Of a DNA stretch of 42,830 nucleotides, positions 11,284 to 20,362 are shown in pieces. Made by a program: the position numbers and the translations under genes. This stretch comes from Marinimicrobium sp. Lineage in GTDB: Bacteria > Pseudomonadota > Gammaproteobacteria > Pseudomonadales > Cellvibrionaceae. The stretch's first letter is position 1; each line of letters opens with the position of its first letter. The stretch spans positions 1 through 42,830 of the forward strand of contig DAHVRW010000001.1 of NCBI GenBank assembly GCA_027322215.1, given 5' to 3'. A model generated the notes under the pieces. The model had not been told where the DNA came from and ran no database searches. It saw nothing but the letters and a program-made list of their open reading frames with translations.

Positions 11284-12188
11284 TAGCCTTTACCCCGTGT
11301 GCGGGTTTTGTTCGGACGGGCATTGTCCTCCACAAACTGAATGATGGCACCGGCCACATCTTTTTGGGTCGCGCCTTCAATGCCTTCTAAACCCGGTGAG
11401 GAGTTAACTTCCATCACCAAGGGCCCACGGGTGGAACGGAGAATGTCCACGCCCGCGATATGCAGCCCCATGGTTTGCGCCGCCTTCACGGCGGTGCGCC
11501 GCTCCACGGGTGTCAATTTGACCAGTTTGGCGGTGCCGCCCCGGTGCAAGTTGGAACGGAACTCGCCTTCCATAGCCGTGCGCTGCATGGCGGCTACCAC
11601 TTTTCCGCCAATAACTAAGCAGCGAATATCGCTACCCCCCGCTTCCTTGATGAATTCTTGCACCAAAAATTCCGCGCGCAGCTCCCGGAACGCTTCAATC
11701 ACGCTCTCGGCCGCTTTATTGGTTTCGGCCAGTACGATGCCGCGGCCCTGGGTACCCTCGCACAGCTTCACCACCAGCGGCGGGCCACCCACCAGTTTGA
11801 TCAAATCCTTGGTGTTGTGTACCCGGTACGCAAAACTGGTACGGGGCAACCCCAGACCCTTGCGCGAGAGCAACTGCAAGGCGCGCAGCTTGTCCCGAGA
11901 TCGGCCCAGGGCAACGGACTCTGTCAGGCAGTAAACGCCGGTCATCTCGAACTGGCGAATGACCGCTAAACCGTAATGAGTAACCGATGCGCCGATGCGG
12001 GGAATCACCGCATCGAAGCCTTCCAGCTTTTCCCCCATATACCAAATAGTGGGATTGCCGGGCGTGATATCCATGTAACACTTCAGGGTATCAATAACAT
12101 GCATTTCATGCCCCCGCGCCTCACCCGCCTCTACCAATCGGCGGGTGGAATATAAGCGGGGGTTACGGGAAAGAATGGCGATTTTCAT
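11283..12188 (-). CDS. rimK: RimK alpha-L-glutamate ligase (ATP-grasp)
   Basis: [31 protein letters not shown] and [12 protein letters not shown]; start set at ATG 12188. Confidence 0.96.
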   Translation of the reverse strand: MKIAILSRNPRLYSTRRLVEAGEARGHEMHVIDTLKCYMDITPGNPTIWYMGEKLEGFDAVIPRIGASVTHYGLAVIRQFEMTGVYCLTESVALGRSRDKLRALQLLSRKGLGLPRTSFAYRVHNTKDLIKLVGGPPLVVKLCEGTQGRGIVLAETNKAAESVIEAFRELRAEFLVQEFIKEAGGSDIRCLVIGGKVVAAMQRTAMEGEFRSNLHRGGTAKLVKLTPVERRTAVKAAQTMGLHIAGVDILRSTRGPLVMEVNSSPGLEGIEGATQKDVAGAIIQFVEDNARPNKTRTRGKG

Positions 12189-12213
12189 AAATTTTCTACC
12201 ACAAGGGCCAACA

Positions 12214-12669
12214 TTACTCGGGCGGATGACTCGCATTACCTCCGAGCATAAAAGAACGATTGCAGTTCACTAAAAAACGGGTTTTCAGAGCCGTGCGACC
12301 CAGCAGCATACGGAAGCGCATCGTTTCCCGGTCGGTGAGAGTGATCTCGGCGTTAAAGCGAGTCTCACCCAGCTGCACGGCGGTGGTAATAACGTAGCGC
12401 ATTTCCCGGTGGCCTCCGGAGTCCGTTACTTGACGCCGGTCCACCACCGGAGCTTCGCAATCCACGGCGGTATCCAAATCACCCTGCAGCGGGTGCAAAC
12501 CAAAACGCACCCAGGGCATGCCTGCCTTGGTGAACGGCTCTACATAATAGGCATGCAGTGCGCTGGTCCGGGCGCCAGTGTCCACTTTCGCTTTGGTAAT
12601 TACGGGTCCAAAATCGGGCAAACTCACCCATTCACGCCAGCCGATGATAGACATTTTATTGGTTGGCAC
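12214..12669 (-). CDS. RimK-associated retropepsin-like aspartic protease (RimB-like; often annotated ATP-dependent zinc protease)
   Basis: [20 protein letters not shown] and MLLGR motifs; GGAG RBS before the GTG start. Confidence 0.9.
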   Translation of the reverse strand: MPTNKMSIIGWREWVSLPDFGPVITKAKVDTGARTSALHAYYVEPFTKAGMPWVRFGLHPLQGDLDTAVDCEAPVVDRRQVTDSGGHREMRYVITTAVQLGETRFNAEITLTDRETMRFRMLLGRTALKTRFLVNCNRSFMLGGNASHPPE

Positions 12670-12829
12670 AAGATCTCCTAACTCGGTCTAAATGAGCCAC
12701 AAAATTTGTGTTCGTGACGACAAAAAAAATTCGCTTGGTAGAAAGCCAAAGCTATGGTAAATAGCGCCTGAGTAAAACCCTAAGCTCGGTATTTGACGTC
12801 CGAGCTTACGTCAATCTGGAGGTATCCAC

Positions 12830-13039
12830 ATGGCTGTTGAAGTCGACCACTCTGAAGATGATTCAGATCTTATGACCGATATTAACATCGATATGGACGA
12901 CGATGAGGAGCAGCCCAAACTTTCTGCGAAAGAAACCAGTCAACACATACTGGAGGTTCGTCGGAAACTGGAAGATCGTCTCGAGCGGCGACGTTTGCGC
13001 GACGAACTGGGCTGTGATGATTGGGAACTGGACTTCTAA
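12830..13039 (+). CDS. Small acidic protein, PA3496-like
   Basis: GGAGG RBS; acidic N-terminus and RRKLEDRLERRRLRDEL motif. Confidence 0.75.
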   Translation: MAVEVDHSEDDSDLMTDINIDMDDDEEQPKLSAKETSQHILEVRRKLEDRLERRRLRDELGCDDWELDF

Positions 13040-13098
13040 AAGGCGCTTTGAACCAGAGGGAGCTTTAAATTAAAAGGAGCGTTGATCAAGCAGGAGGC

Positions 13099-13938
13099 TT
13101 AACCGGAGAGAGTCGTTAACAGCGGTAACAATTGCTGAATACCCTGGGCGTGCTCGTTCTCCACCCGATAGGCCAGATGCAAAGGCCGTGAAAATGTGGG
13201 CGCGCCATCGACCCGGTGCAAACCGAAGCTGGCGTCGCCCAACACACTTTCTGGTAGATAGGCGCAGGCATCTCCCGCCTGCAGGTAATCCAACGCCACG
13301 CTGGCCTGATTGGTCTGAATACGGCTTTCCCGGCTGCCAAACCGGCGGGCATGAAACAGCGCAAAGGCGGCCCCCCAGTCCACCCTCACATACTCCACCG
13401 CCTGTGCCGTCCTCATATCCAAACCCGGCACGGAGCTGGCCAAAACCAGGGTCAACTGACCTACCCGATGGGACTTCAAGGCCGGATCGCCAGGAATATC
13501 GTACACCAGGGCACCATCGAGCTGATTAGCCAGCAGTCGCTCCAACAGATCATCCTGGGCATAGGCCTCGGCCCGCACAATCACCCCCGGCAACGCCTGA
13601 CGCAAACGTGCGGTGACACCGTTTAGAACAAAGCGCCACAAGCCCGGCGTTGCTCCCAGGCTCAGATGGCTGCCGGATTCCGCTTGCCGCGCCAGGTCAG
13701 TCCGCGTTTGGGCCCAGGCCTCCACAATGTGCTGAGCTCTGGGCAGCAGAAGCTCGCCCTCGGGCGTCATTTGGATATTGCCGCGTTTGCGATACAGCAA
13801 GGTCACGCCAAGCACTTGTTCCAGCTGGCGAATCCGCGCACTCACGGCCGATGGAGTCAAATAGAGATTGTGAGCCGCACGGGCGAAATTACGCGTTTGT
13901 GTGACTTCGATAAACGTCTTCAGAAGCTCTGTGTCCAT
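13099..13938 (-). CDS. LysR family regulator, HdfR-like
   Basis: MDTELLKTF..TRNFARAA..LYLTPSAVSARIRQLE HTH; YVRVDWG motif. Confidence 0.88.
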   Translation of the reverse strand: MDTELLKTFIEVTQTRNFARAAHNLYLTPSAVSARIRQLEQVLGVTLLYRKRGNIQMTPEGELLLPRAQHIVEAWAQTRTDLARQAESGSHLSLGATPGLWRFVLNGVTARLRQALPGVIVRAEAYAQDDLLERLLANQLDGALVYDIPGDPALKSHRVGQLTLVLASSVPGLDMRTAQAVEYVRVDWGAAFALFHARRFGSRESRIQTNQASVALDYLQAGDACAYLPESVLGDASFGLHRVDGAPTFSRPLHLAYRVENEHAQGIQQLLPLLTTLSG

Positions 13939-14040
13939 ATTATCCACTGGCGACAGCTAAAATACCGGGCGATGCCTGCTGCAAGGATCATAGCCAACAG
14001 GACAGGGGCACCACAAGCCAGCTCGGGACGAACGGGCAGA

Positions 14041-14080
14041 AAGAAAAAAGCCCCGCTCTGTGACAAAAGAGCGGGGCTTT
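14041..14080 (-). terminator. Intrinsic terminator after the porin gene
   Basis: AAAGCCCCGCTCT / AGAGCGGGGCTTT stem followed by TTTTTTCTT on minus. Confidence 0.9.
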
Positions 14081-14114
14081 ACGTTGGGCACGATGCTCAA
14101 CAAGGGCTGATCAT

Positions 14115-14825
14115 TTAAAAGCGCATAGCCGCGCCGATCAAAATACCAGTACCCCAATCGCTGTCGCTCAGCGCCAGCTCACCACTGATTTCGTTGGTGA
14201 AGAACTTGCGGGTACGCAGGCTGAACACGTCCACGCCGTAGGAATCCTCGTAGCTGCCGCCGACGCTAAAGGTGCGGTCGATATAGAAGTCGGCGCCGAT
14301 GCTCAGGTAATCATCCCAATCGTCATCCTGATAGGTGCCTTCCACGTTCAAGTAGTTGACCGAACCAATGGCGGTGACGTACTTAACGCTGACGTTCGCA
14401 TCGTAACCATCGTCGGTAACGCTGGTGGTGATGCGCAGGCCATCGATAGGCAGTACGCCAAAAGTGCCGGTTACCACGGTGTCAGAGCTGCCGTAATCGT
14501 AACGGGAAACATCGGCCGCCACGTAGAACATGGTGTTGGGTACATAGAGCTCACCACCAACGCTCAGCGCGTCAAAATCGTCAGCCCCTTGGGCGTACAC
14601 GTTCGTGGAGCGCTCCAAAAATGCCGCTTCGGCCAGAGGGTGGTTGCGTGTTTGTACTGGCGCGAAATGGTATTCGCCGCGCACACCGAAAGCACCGTCG
14701 CTGCCGCCGCTGTCACGATCCAAGTGGTAATAGCTTGCGCTTCCCTCAATCTGATAGGGGGAGGCGACTGCTGCTGCAGATCCAAAAACAAGTGCAGTAG
14801 CAACAGCTAGGGTTTTCAGTTTCAT
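14115..14825 (-). CDS. Putative general porin (outer-membrane beta-barrel), copy 1
   Basis: Signal peptide, HPLAEAAFLER motif, alternating beta-strands, C-terminal RF. Confidence 0.85.
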   Translation of the reverse strand: MKLKTLAVATALVFGSAAAVASPYQIEGSASYYHLDRDSGGSDGAFGVRGEYHFAPVQTRNHPLAEAAFLERSTNVYAQGADDFDALSVGGELYVPNTMFYVAADVSRYDYGSSDTVVTGTFGVLPIDGLRITTSVTDDGYDANVSVKYVTAIGSVNYLNVEGTYQDDDWDDYLSIGADFYIDRTFSVGGSYEDSYGVDVFSLRTRKFFTNEISGELALSDSDWGTGILIGAAMRF

Positions 14826-15012
14826 ATTGTCATTCTCCGTGATAATCCATTAACTAACCTAACCGGTCACATAACTCCGGCGGCGCGCATTCTAATGACA
14901 AAAGCGGCCGTTGTCGCCAACCACCGCACAAATCAGAGGATTAAACGGATTGAATGACACTTAATTCATCTTTATAGGGATGAAACGTAGGATACTGTCC
15001 AAAACGTCGTCG

Positions 15013-15089
15013 TAAAAACGTCTTAAAGACTTCTTAAAGGCGTTTTAAAAACGCCCTAGAAACGTCCTAGAAACGCCCTAAAAACGAAG
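15013..15089. repeat. Seven-unit degenerate 11-bp tandem array (TARAAACGYCY) ending in the porin-2 stop codon
   Basis: taaaaacgtct/taaagacttct/taaaggcgttt/taaaaacgccc/tagaaacgtcc/tagaaacgccc/taaaaacgaag. Confidence 0.85.
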
Positions 15090-15782
15090 AGTACCGCCCA
15101 GGACGACCCGGCGCCCCCAGTCGGTGTCCGTATAGGTAAGCTCTGCACTGAAGTCGTTGTGGAAGAATTTACGGGTGCGCAAGGTCAGTTCATCGCCGTA
15201 GTTATCGGCATAGCCCGCCCCAATGCTCCAGCTGCGATTGAGGTAAAAGTCCGCGATAACGCTCAGAAGGTTATCGAAGCGGCGTTCAACAAACTCCGCT
15301 TCAACGTTGACGAAATTACTGCCCCCTAAGTGGGTAACATACTTGGCACGCAAGTTAGGATCGTAGCCCTTATCGGTGAGGCTCGTGGTAACGAGTAGTC
15401 CTTCCACTGGCAAAAACCCGACGGTGCCGAGCAATCGCGTCTCTGAATCCCCATTTTCACGGCGGACGAGAGCCGCGCCTGCGTAAAACGAACTGTTGGG
15501 AAAGTAGAAGTCGCCACCCAGAGTCATCCAGTCGAATTCTAAATCCGATTGCACACGCACCCGGGTAGTACGCTCCAGAAAAGCGGCTTCGGCCAATGGA
15601 TGGTTGAGCGTCAATACAGGGGTAAAATAGTAATCGGCGCGAATACTGAACCGGTCATCGCTGTGGCCAGTACCGGCGGTGTGATGGTAATCAACGCTGC
15701 CTTCTATTTGATAGGTATTAGCCAACGCAGTGCCGCAGGCCAGGGCCAAACCAAGTGCGACCAGAATTCGTGTAATTTTCAT
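15078..15782 (-). CDS. Putative general porin, copy 2 (tandem paralog)
   Basis: Shares YQIEGS, NHPLAEAAFLER, TLRTRKFF and C-terminal RF with copy 1. Confidence 0.85.
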   Translation of the reverse strand: MKITRILVALGLALACGTALANTYQIEGSVDYHHTAGTGHSDDRFSIRADYYFTPVLTLNHPLAEAAFLERTTRVRVQSDLEFDWMTLGGDFYFPNSSFYAGAALVRRENGDSETRLLGTVGFLPVEGLLVTTSLTDKGYDPNLRAKYVTHLGGSNFVNVEAEFVERRFDNLLSVIADFYLNRSWSIGAGYADNYGDELTLRTRKFFHNDFSAELTYTDTDWGRRVVLGGTLRF

Positions 15783-15918
15783 CGGGAACCTCTCCGTAAC
15801 CCCCGCAAATGTAACGTGCGTGTGGCATCACGGATGCCTGCGCGTTATTCCGCCGTCGCGGCGCGAAGAATAGTCTGCCATACGCGTACATTTTGGACCA
15901 CTCCGGGTGGTCTACGGC

Positions 15919-16731
15919 TCACTGACAGCGGCAGTGAAACAGGCGCTCATCTTCCAGACGCAAAGCCGTGAGCGAGCCACCCCAAACACAACCAGTATCC
16001 AGAGCGTACACGTTACGAGCGGTCGCTTGACCGCGCAATGCCGCCCAGTGACCGAAGATAATTTTGTCGTTTCGACAGCGGTGCTCAGGGTGGGCAAACC
16101 ACGGCAGAAACCCAGCCGGCGCTTGTTTCGCGCTCGTTTTGGTGTGCAGCTCCAACTCGCCCTCGGCGGTGCAAAAACGCATACGCGTAAAATAATTCGT
16201 GATCAACCGCCAGCGCTCGGGGCCAACCAATTGATCGCTCCAACGGCTGGGCTCGTTGCCGTACATATGGGCCAGGTACTGTTCGAATTGCTCGCCTTGC
16301 AACACCGCTTCCACTTCCCGTGCCCGCGCTTCGGCCTGCGCCAAATTCCATATGGGGGGAATGCCCGCATGGGTCATGGTAAAACCCAGCTGTGGGTCCC
16401 GGTGCAACAATGGGCACTGGCGCAGCCATGCCGCCATGTGGGCAAGGTCATCCGCATCAAGGAGTGTTTCAAAGGTATCGTGGCGGCCTTCGTCTCTGTG
16501 TCCGTAGGCCACCGCCAGAAAATGCAAATCGTGGTTACCCAGTACGACGACAGCATTCTCGCGCAGCTCATACACCAAACGCAGGGTTTGCAGTGAGTCA
16601 GGGCCACGGTTGATCAGGTCCCCGACCAACCAGAGTTTATCGTCGGCGGGGTCGAAATTGATGCGATCCAGCAGACGCTGTAGCGGTTCTAAACAGCCTT
16701 GCAGATCACCAATAGCGTAGGTGCTCATCAC
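15919..16731 (-). CDS. apaH: Symmetrical bis(5'-nucleosyl)-tetraphosphatase
   Basis: IGDLQGC, GDLINRGP, LGNHD, FGHW and LDTGCVWG motifs; operon context. Confidence 0.96.
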   Translation of the reverse strand: MMSTYAIGDLQGCLEPLQRLLDRINFDPADDKLWLVGDLINRGPDSLQTLRLVYELRENAVVVLGNHDLHFLAVAYGHRDEGRHDTFETLLDADDLAHMAAWLRQCPLLHRDPQLGFTMTHAGIPPIWNLAQAEARAREVEAVLQGEQFEQYLAHMYGNEPSRWSDQLVGPERWRLITNYFTRMRFCTAEGELELHTKTSAKQAPAGFLPWFAHPEHRCRNDKIIFGHWAALRGQATARNVYALDTGCVWGGSLTALRLEDERLFHCRCQ

Positions 16732-16754
16732 TACTCCGGTCGGCCATAACTCGA

Positions 16755-17138
16755 TCAGTGCAACGCATGGGGCGGCACCAGAGCGAACGCTGGAATAGGC
16801 ACCTGAAAGACCTCTCCGTCATCGGTACGCATGTCATAACTGCCCTCCATCAGGCCGGTTTCAGCTTCTAAAACCACGCCGCTGGTGTAGGTGTAGCTCT
16901 TGCCCGGCTCCAGGCGCGGCTGCTCACCAACCACCCCTACTCCTTTGACTTCCTGACGCTTGTTGCGCTCATCCCGAATCACCCAATGCCGTCCCATCAG
17001 TTGTGCGGTCACGTCGCCATTGTTGGCGATCGTAACCGTATAGGCGTACACGTAACGTTGCTGCGCTGGGCGCGATTGGGCGGCGATGTACCGGGGTTTA
17101 ACGCTGACCTCGATAGCGGTGGCGATGGGGTGTTCCAT
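16755..17138 (-). CDS. apaG: ApaG protein
   Basis: YVYAYTVTI, RHWVI, GVVGEQP and YTSG motifs; lies between rsmA and apaH. Confidence 0.95.
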   Translation of the reverse strand: MEHPIATAIEVSVKPRYIAAQSRPAQQRYVYAYTVTIANNGDVTAQLMGRHWVIRDERNKRQEVKGVGVVGEQPRLEPGKSYTYTSGVVLEAETGLMEGSYDMRTDDGEVFQVPIPAFALVPPHALH

Positions 17139-17140
17139 AA

Positions 17141-17965
17141 TCAAGAGTCCGAAAATCCGTCCGATGCCGCAATAATATTGCTCAGCTCCACGTACGTGGG
17201 CAAGGAGATATTTTCAGCGCGCAAGCCGGTGTCCACCGGCAGTGCATCGATTTGCTCCACGGGAAGCAGTTGCTTCAGGGCGTTGCGCAGTGTTTTTCGA
17301 CGTTGCTGAAACGCCAGGTTAACCAGCTTTTCCAACGTGGGCAGATGATCTGCCCGGTAGGGCAGCTCTTTGTGGGGCATCAGACGCACCACCGCCGAGT
17401 CCACTTTCGGCGCAGGCGCAAAAGCCCCCGGCGGTACCTCAAACAAATTTTCCACCTGGCAATAATACTGCACCATTATGCCCAGGCGGCCATAGGCTTT
17501 GTCTTCCGGCTGTGCTGCCAAGCGCTGCACCACTTCCTTTTGCAGCATGAAGTGCATGTCCTGCACCAGATGGGCGCTACGCAGCAGGTGGAAAATTAAC
17601 GGTGTGGAAATATTGTACGGCAAGTTACCCACAATACGCAGCGGAGTATCGGCCTGGGCCAGGGCCGAAAAATCGAACTTGAGGGCATCGGCTTGAAACA
17701 GCTCAAACCCCTTGTAGCGTTCGAATCTTATTTTCAGCCACGGCACCAGATCCCGGTCCAATTCAATCACGCTGAGGCGCTCGGCCTCTTGGACCAGCAG
17801 CTCGGTCAACGCGCCCTTACCGGGCCCGATTTCGACCAGATGCTGACCTGGAGCTGGATGCACGGCGCGGGCGATTCGGTCCAGCACCGCGTGGTCAACC
17901 AGGAAATTTTGCCCAAAACGCTTGCGCGCCCGATGCGCCAGGTCGCCGCTTGAAAACTTAGTCAT
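17141..17965 (-). CDS. rsmA: 16S rRNA m6,2A dimethyltransferase
   Basis: RKRFGQNFL, EIGPG.GALT, GNLPYNIS and RRKTLRN motifs. Confidence 0.97.
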   Translation of the reverse strand: MTKFSSGDLAHRARKRFGQNFLVDHAVLDRIARAVHPAPGQHLVEIGPGKGALTELLVQEAERLSVIELDRDLVPWLKIRFERYKGFELFQADALKFDFSALAQADTPLRIVGNLPYNISTPLIFHLLRSAHLVQDMHFMLQKEVVQRLAAQPEDKAYGRLGIMVQYYCQVENLFEVPPGAFAPAPKVDSAVVRLMPHKELPYRADHLPTLEKLVNLAFQQRRKTLRNALKQLLPVEQIDALPVDTGLRAENISLPTYVELSNIIAASDGFSDS

Positions 17966-17999
17966 CCGTCTACTGATTCCTGTGGCCGGTGATGCCGGG

Positions 18000-19001
18000 T
18001 TATTCCTGTGGCCGGGGGTGCCGGGCCTGAGCCATGGTGGCGGCGTACTCCAGGGCGGTTTTCAGACTTCCCAAATCCGCTCGGCCGGTGCCCGCCAGAT
18101 CCAGTGCCGTACCGTGATCCACGGAGGTTCGCACCAGAGGTAACCCTAGGGTGATGTTCACGGCTTGTCCAAAACCTTTGTATTTTAATACCGGCAGCCC
18201 CTGGTCGTGATACATGGCAAGCACCGCGTCGGCGTCAGTCAGATGCCTGGGGGTAAACAGGGTGTCGGCGGGTAAAGGCCCTATAAGATCAAAACCACGC
18301 TCGCGCCCCTGGGCCAATACCGGCTCGATAACGTCGATTTCCTCCCGACCAAGGTGGCCGCCCTCCCCGGCGTGGGGATTGAGCCCGCAGACCAATATTT
18401 TCGGTTGCGATAATCCGAAATCCCGCCGCATGGAGGCGTGCAATACGTCGATTATCTCAGTCAGAAGCTCGGCCGTGAGCGCATCGGCCACATCTTTTAA
18501 CGGCAGGTGTGTGGTGGTCAAGGCTACCCGAAGCCCTTCGGTCGCCAACATCATGACTACTCTGGGCGTCGCGGTTTTTTCAGCCAGATATTCCGTGTGG
18601 CCAGTAAAGGCGATACCGGCATCGTTGATCACCCCTTTGTGCACTGGGCCAGTCACCAGAGCATCGAAGTGGCCTTTCAGACAGCCTTCGATGGCCAGAT
18701 CGAGGGTGCTCAAAACATACTGAGCATTGCGCGGGTTCAACTGACCCGCGAAGGCGGCAGTGTGTAAAGGCACCGGCGCCACCCACAATTCTCCGGCCTG
18801 GGCGGGCGCCGGGGTCTGGCTGGGATGCCACTCACGCAAGGTGAGCGGCAGGCCCAACTCGGCGGCGCGCTGCTCCAGTAGAGCTGGGTCCGCCACGGCC
18901 ACCAATGCGACCGATCGCGCCTCTTGAGCCAGGGCAATCGCCAGGTCTGGGCCTATTCCAGCGGGTTCGCCGGGGGTATAAGCAATGCAGGGTACGGTCA
19001 T
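18000..19001 (-). CDS. pdxA: 4-hydroxythreonine-4-phosphate dehydrogenase
   Basis: [27 protein letters not shown] and RTSVDHGTA motifs. Confidence 0.97.
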   Translation of the reverse strand: MTVPCIAYTPGEPAGIGPDLAIALAQEARSVALVAVADPALLEQRAAELGLPLTLREWHPSQTPAPAQAGELWVAPVPLHTAAFAGQLNPRNAQYVLSTLDLAIEGCLKGHFDALVTGPVHKGVINDAGIAFTGHTEYLAEKTATPRVVMMLATEGLRVALTTTHLPLKDVADALTAELLTEIIDVLHASMRRDFGLSQPKILVCGLNPHAGEGGHLGREEIDVIEPVLAQGRERGFDLIGPLPADTLFTPRHLTDADAVLAMYHDQGLPVLKYKGFGQAVNITLGLPLVRTSVDHGTALDLAGTGRADLGSLKTALEYAATMAQARHPRPQE

Positions 19002-19028
19002 CGGCTGAGGTTTGCCTCGATTCGGAAC

Positions 19029-20333
19029 TTAAGGTTTAATTTCGATGTAGGCTTCTTCACGAAGCTCCGCCAACCAGGTTTGCAGCTCTTCATCAAAGCG
19101 CCGCTCTCGCAGCAACTGGGCCGCCTCGTTGCGCAACATCAGGTCGCTCATATCTTTTTGACGCCGTTCCTGCACTTGCAGAATATGCCAGCCGAAGGGG
19201 CTCTGAAACGGCTCGCTAATCTCGCCCGGCTCAGTCTGGGCCATCACTTGCTCAAAGGCCGGCACCATCTGGCCGGGGTTAGCCCAGCCCAGATCACCGC
19301 CTTGTAGCATAGAGCCGATGTCGTCGGAGTGCTCCCGCGCCAATTCGCTGAAATCTTCGCCATCCAGAATTCTCTGTCGCAGTTCGCGCAGCTGCTGCTC
19401 AGCGGCCTCATCGTCAATAAGCTCCGAGGTTTGGATAAGAATATGCCGGGCGCGTGTTTGCTCGATCACGCTATTATCGCGTCGACTGCGGGTTTCGTGA
19501 GCTTTGAGAATATGAAAGCCCGCACCGCTACGCAGCGGTTCCGCTACCTCGCCAGCGCGCAAGCGGCTCACGGGGTCGGCAAAAAGCTCCGGAAGCTGTT
19601 CCAAACGACGCCAACCCAATTCTCCGCCCTGAAGCGCATTCGGATCGTTGGAGTACGTAATGGCCAGCTGTTCAAAATCGGCGCCTTCCACCAGCTGAGT
19701 GTACAGACTGTTGGCCGTGGCTTCGATTTCGCTCACCTCGTCAGCTTCCGCTCCACTGGGTATAGCCAGCAGAATATGGCCGAGCCGGTACTCTGGGGAC
19801 GTGGCAAAGCGGCCATCGGCCGAGGCCAGGAAACTATCGATATCCCGATCGTTAATTTGCAGCCGGCTGTTGACGATGGCCTGCTGAACCTGGTTCACCG
19901 ACAGCTCTTTATAGATTTGCCCACGGAACTGCTCCATGGTTTCACCGCTCGCACGCAACTGCTGCTCTAACTCATCAGCCGTCAAGCGGTTGTTGTGCAT
20001 AATTGTGGCCACCGCTTCATCCAGCTGCTGTTCACTCACTTCAAGCCCGTAGCGCCGCCCAGTCTGAATTTGCAGGCTCTCGAGAATAAGCTGATCCAGT
20101 ATCTGTTGGTGCAGAACCTCGGCGGGGGGCAATTGCTGGCGGTTGCCCACTTGGCGCAAGCGCTCCATCACGGTTTGAAGGCGATCTTGCAATTCGCTTT
20201 CCAGCACCACATCGTCGTCGACAATGGCCACGATGCGGTCCAGCCGCTCGGCTTGCGCCCAAGCGGCCACGGCCCCAAAAGGCAAGCTAAAAACGAGGCA
20301 CCAGAGCAAAAGTTTCATGCGGGACATAGGCAT
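19029..20333 (-). CDS. surA: Periplasmic chaperone/PPIase SurA
   Basis: Signal peptide, LDRIVAIV, two parvulin domains (HIL..GGELGW / HIL..GGDLGW). Confidence 0.95.
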   Translation of the reverse strand: MPMSRMKLLLWCLVFSLPFGAVAAWAQAERLDRIVAIVDDDVVLESELQDRLQTVMERLRQVGNRQQLPPAEVLHQQILDQLILESLQIQTGRRYGLEVSEQQLDEAVATIMHNNRLTADELEQQLRASGETMEQFRGQIYKELSVNQVQQAIVNSRLQINDRDIDSFLASADGRFATSPEYRLGHILLAIPSGAEADEVSEIEATANSLYTQLVEGADFEQLAITYSNDPNALQGGELGWRRLEQLPELFADPVSRLRAGEVAEPLRSGAGFHILKAHETRSRRDNSVIEQTRARHILIQTSELIDDEAAEQQLRELRQRILDGEDFSELAREHSDDIGSMLQGGDLGWANPGQMVPAFEQVMAQTEPGEISEPFQSPFGWHILQVQERRQKDMSDLMLRNEAAQLLRERRFDEELQTWLAELREEAYIEIKP

Positions 20334-20362
20334 AAGGAGGTCACTGTCTGTTAATCGTATTG

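Noticed and set aside
15013-15089. Repeat array as a CRISPR
   Set aside because: 11-bp units with no spacers, and no cas genes in the window
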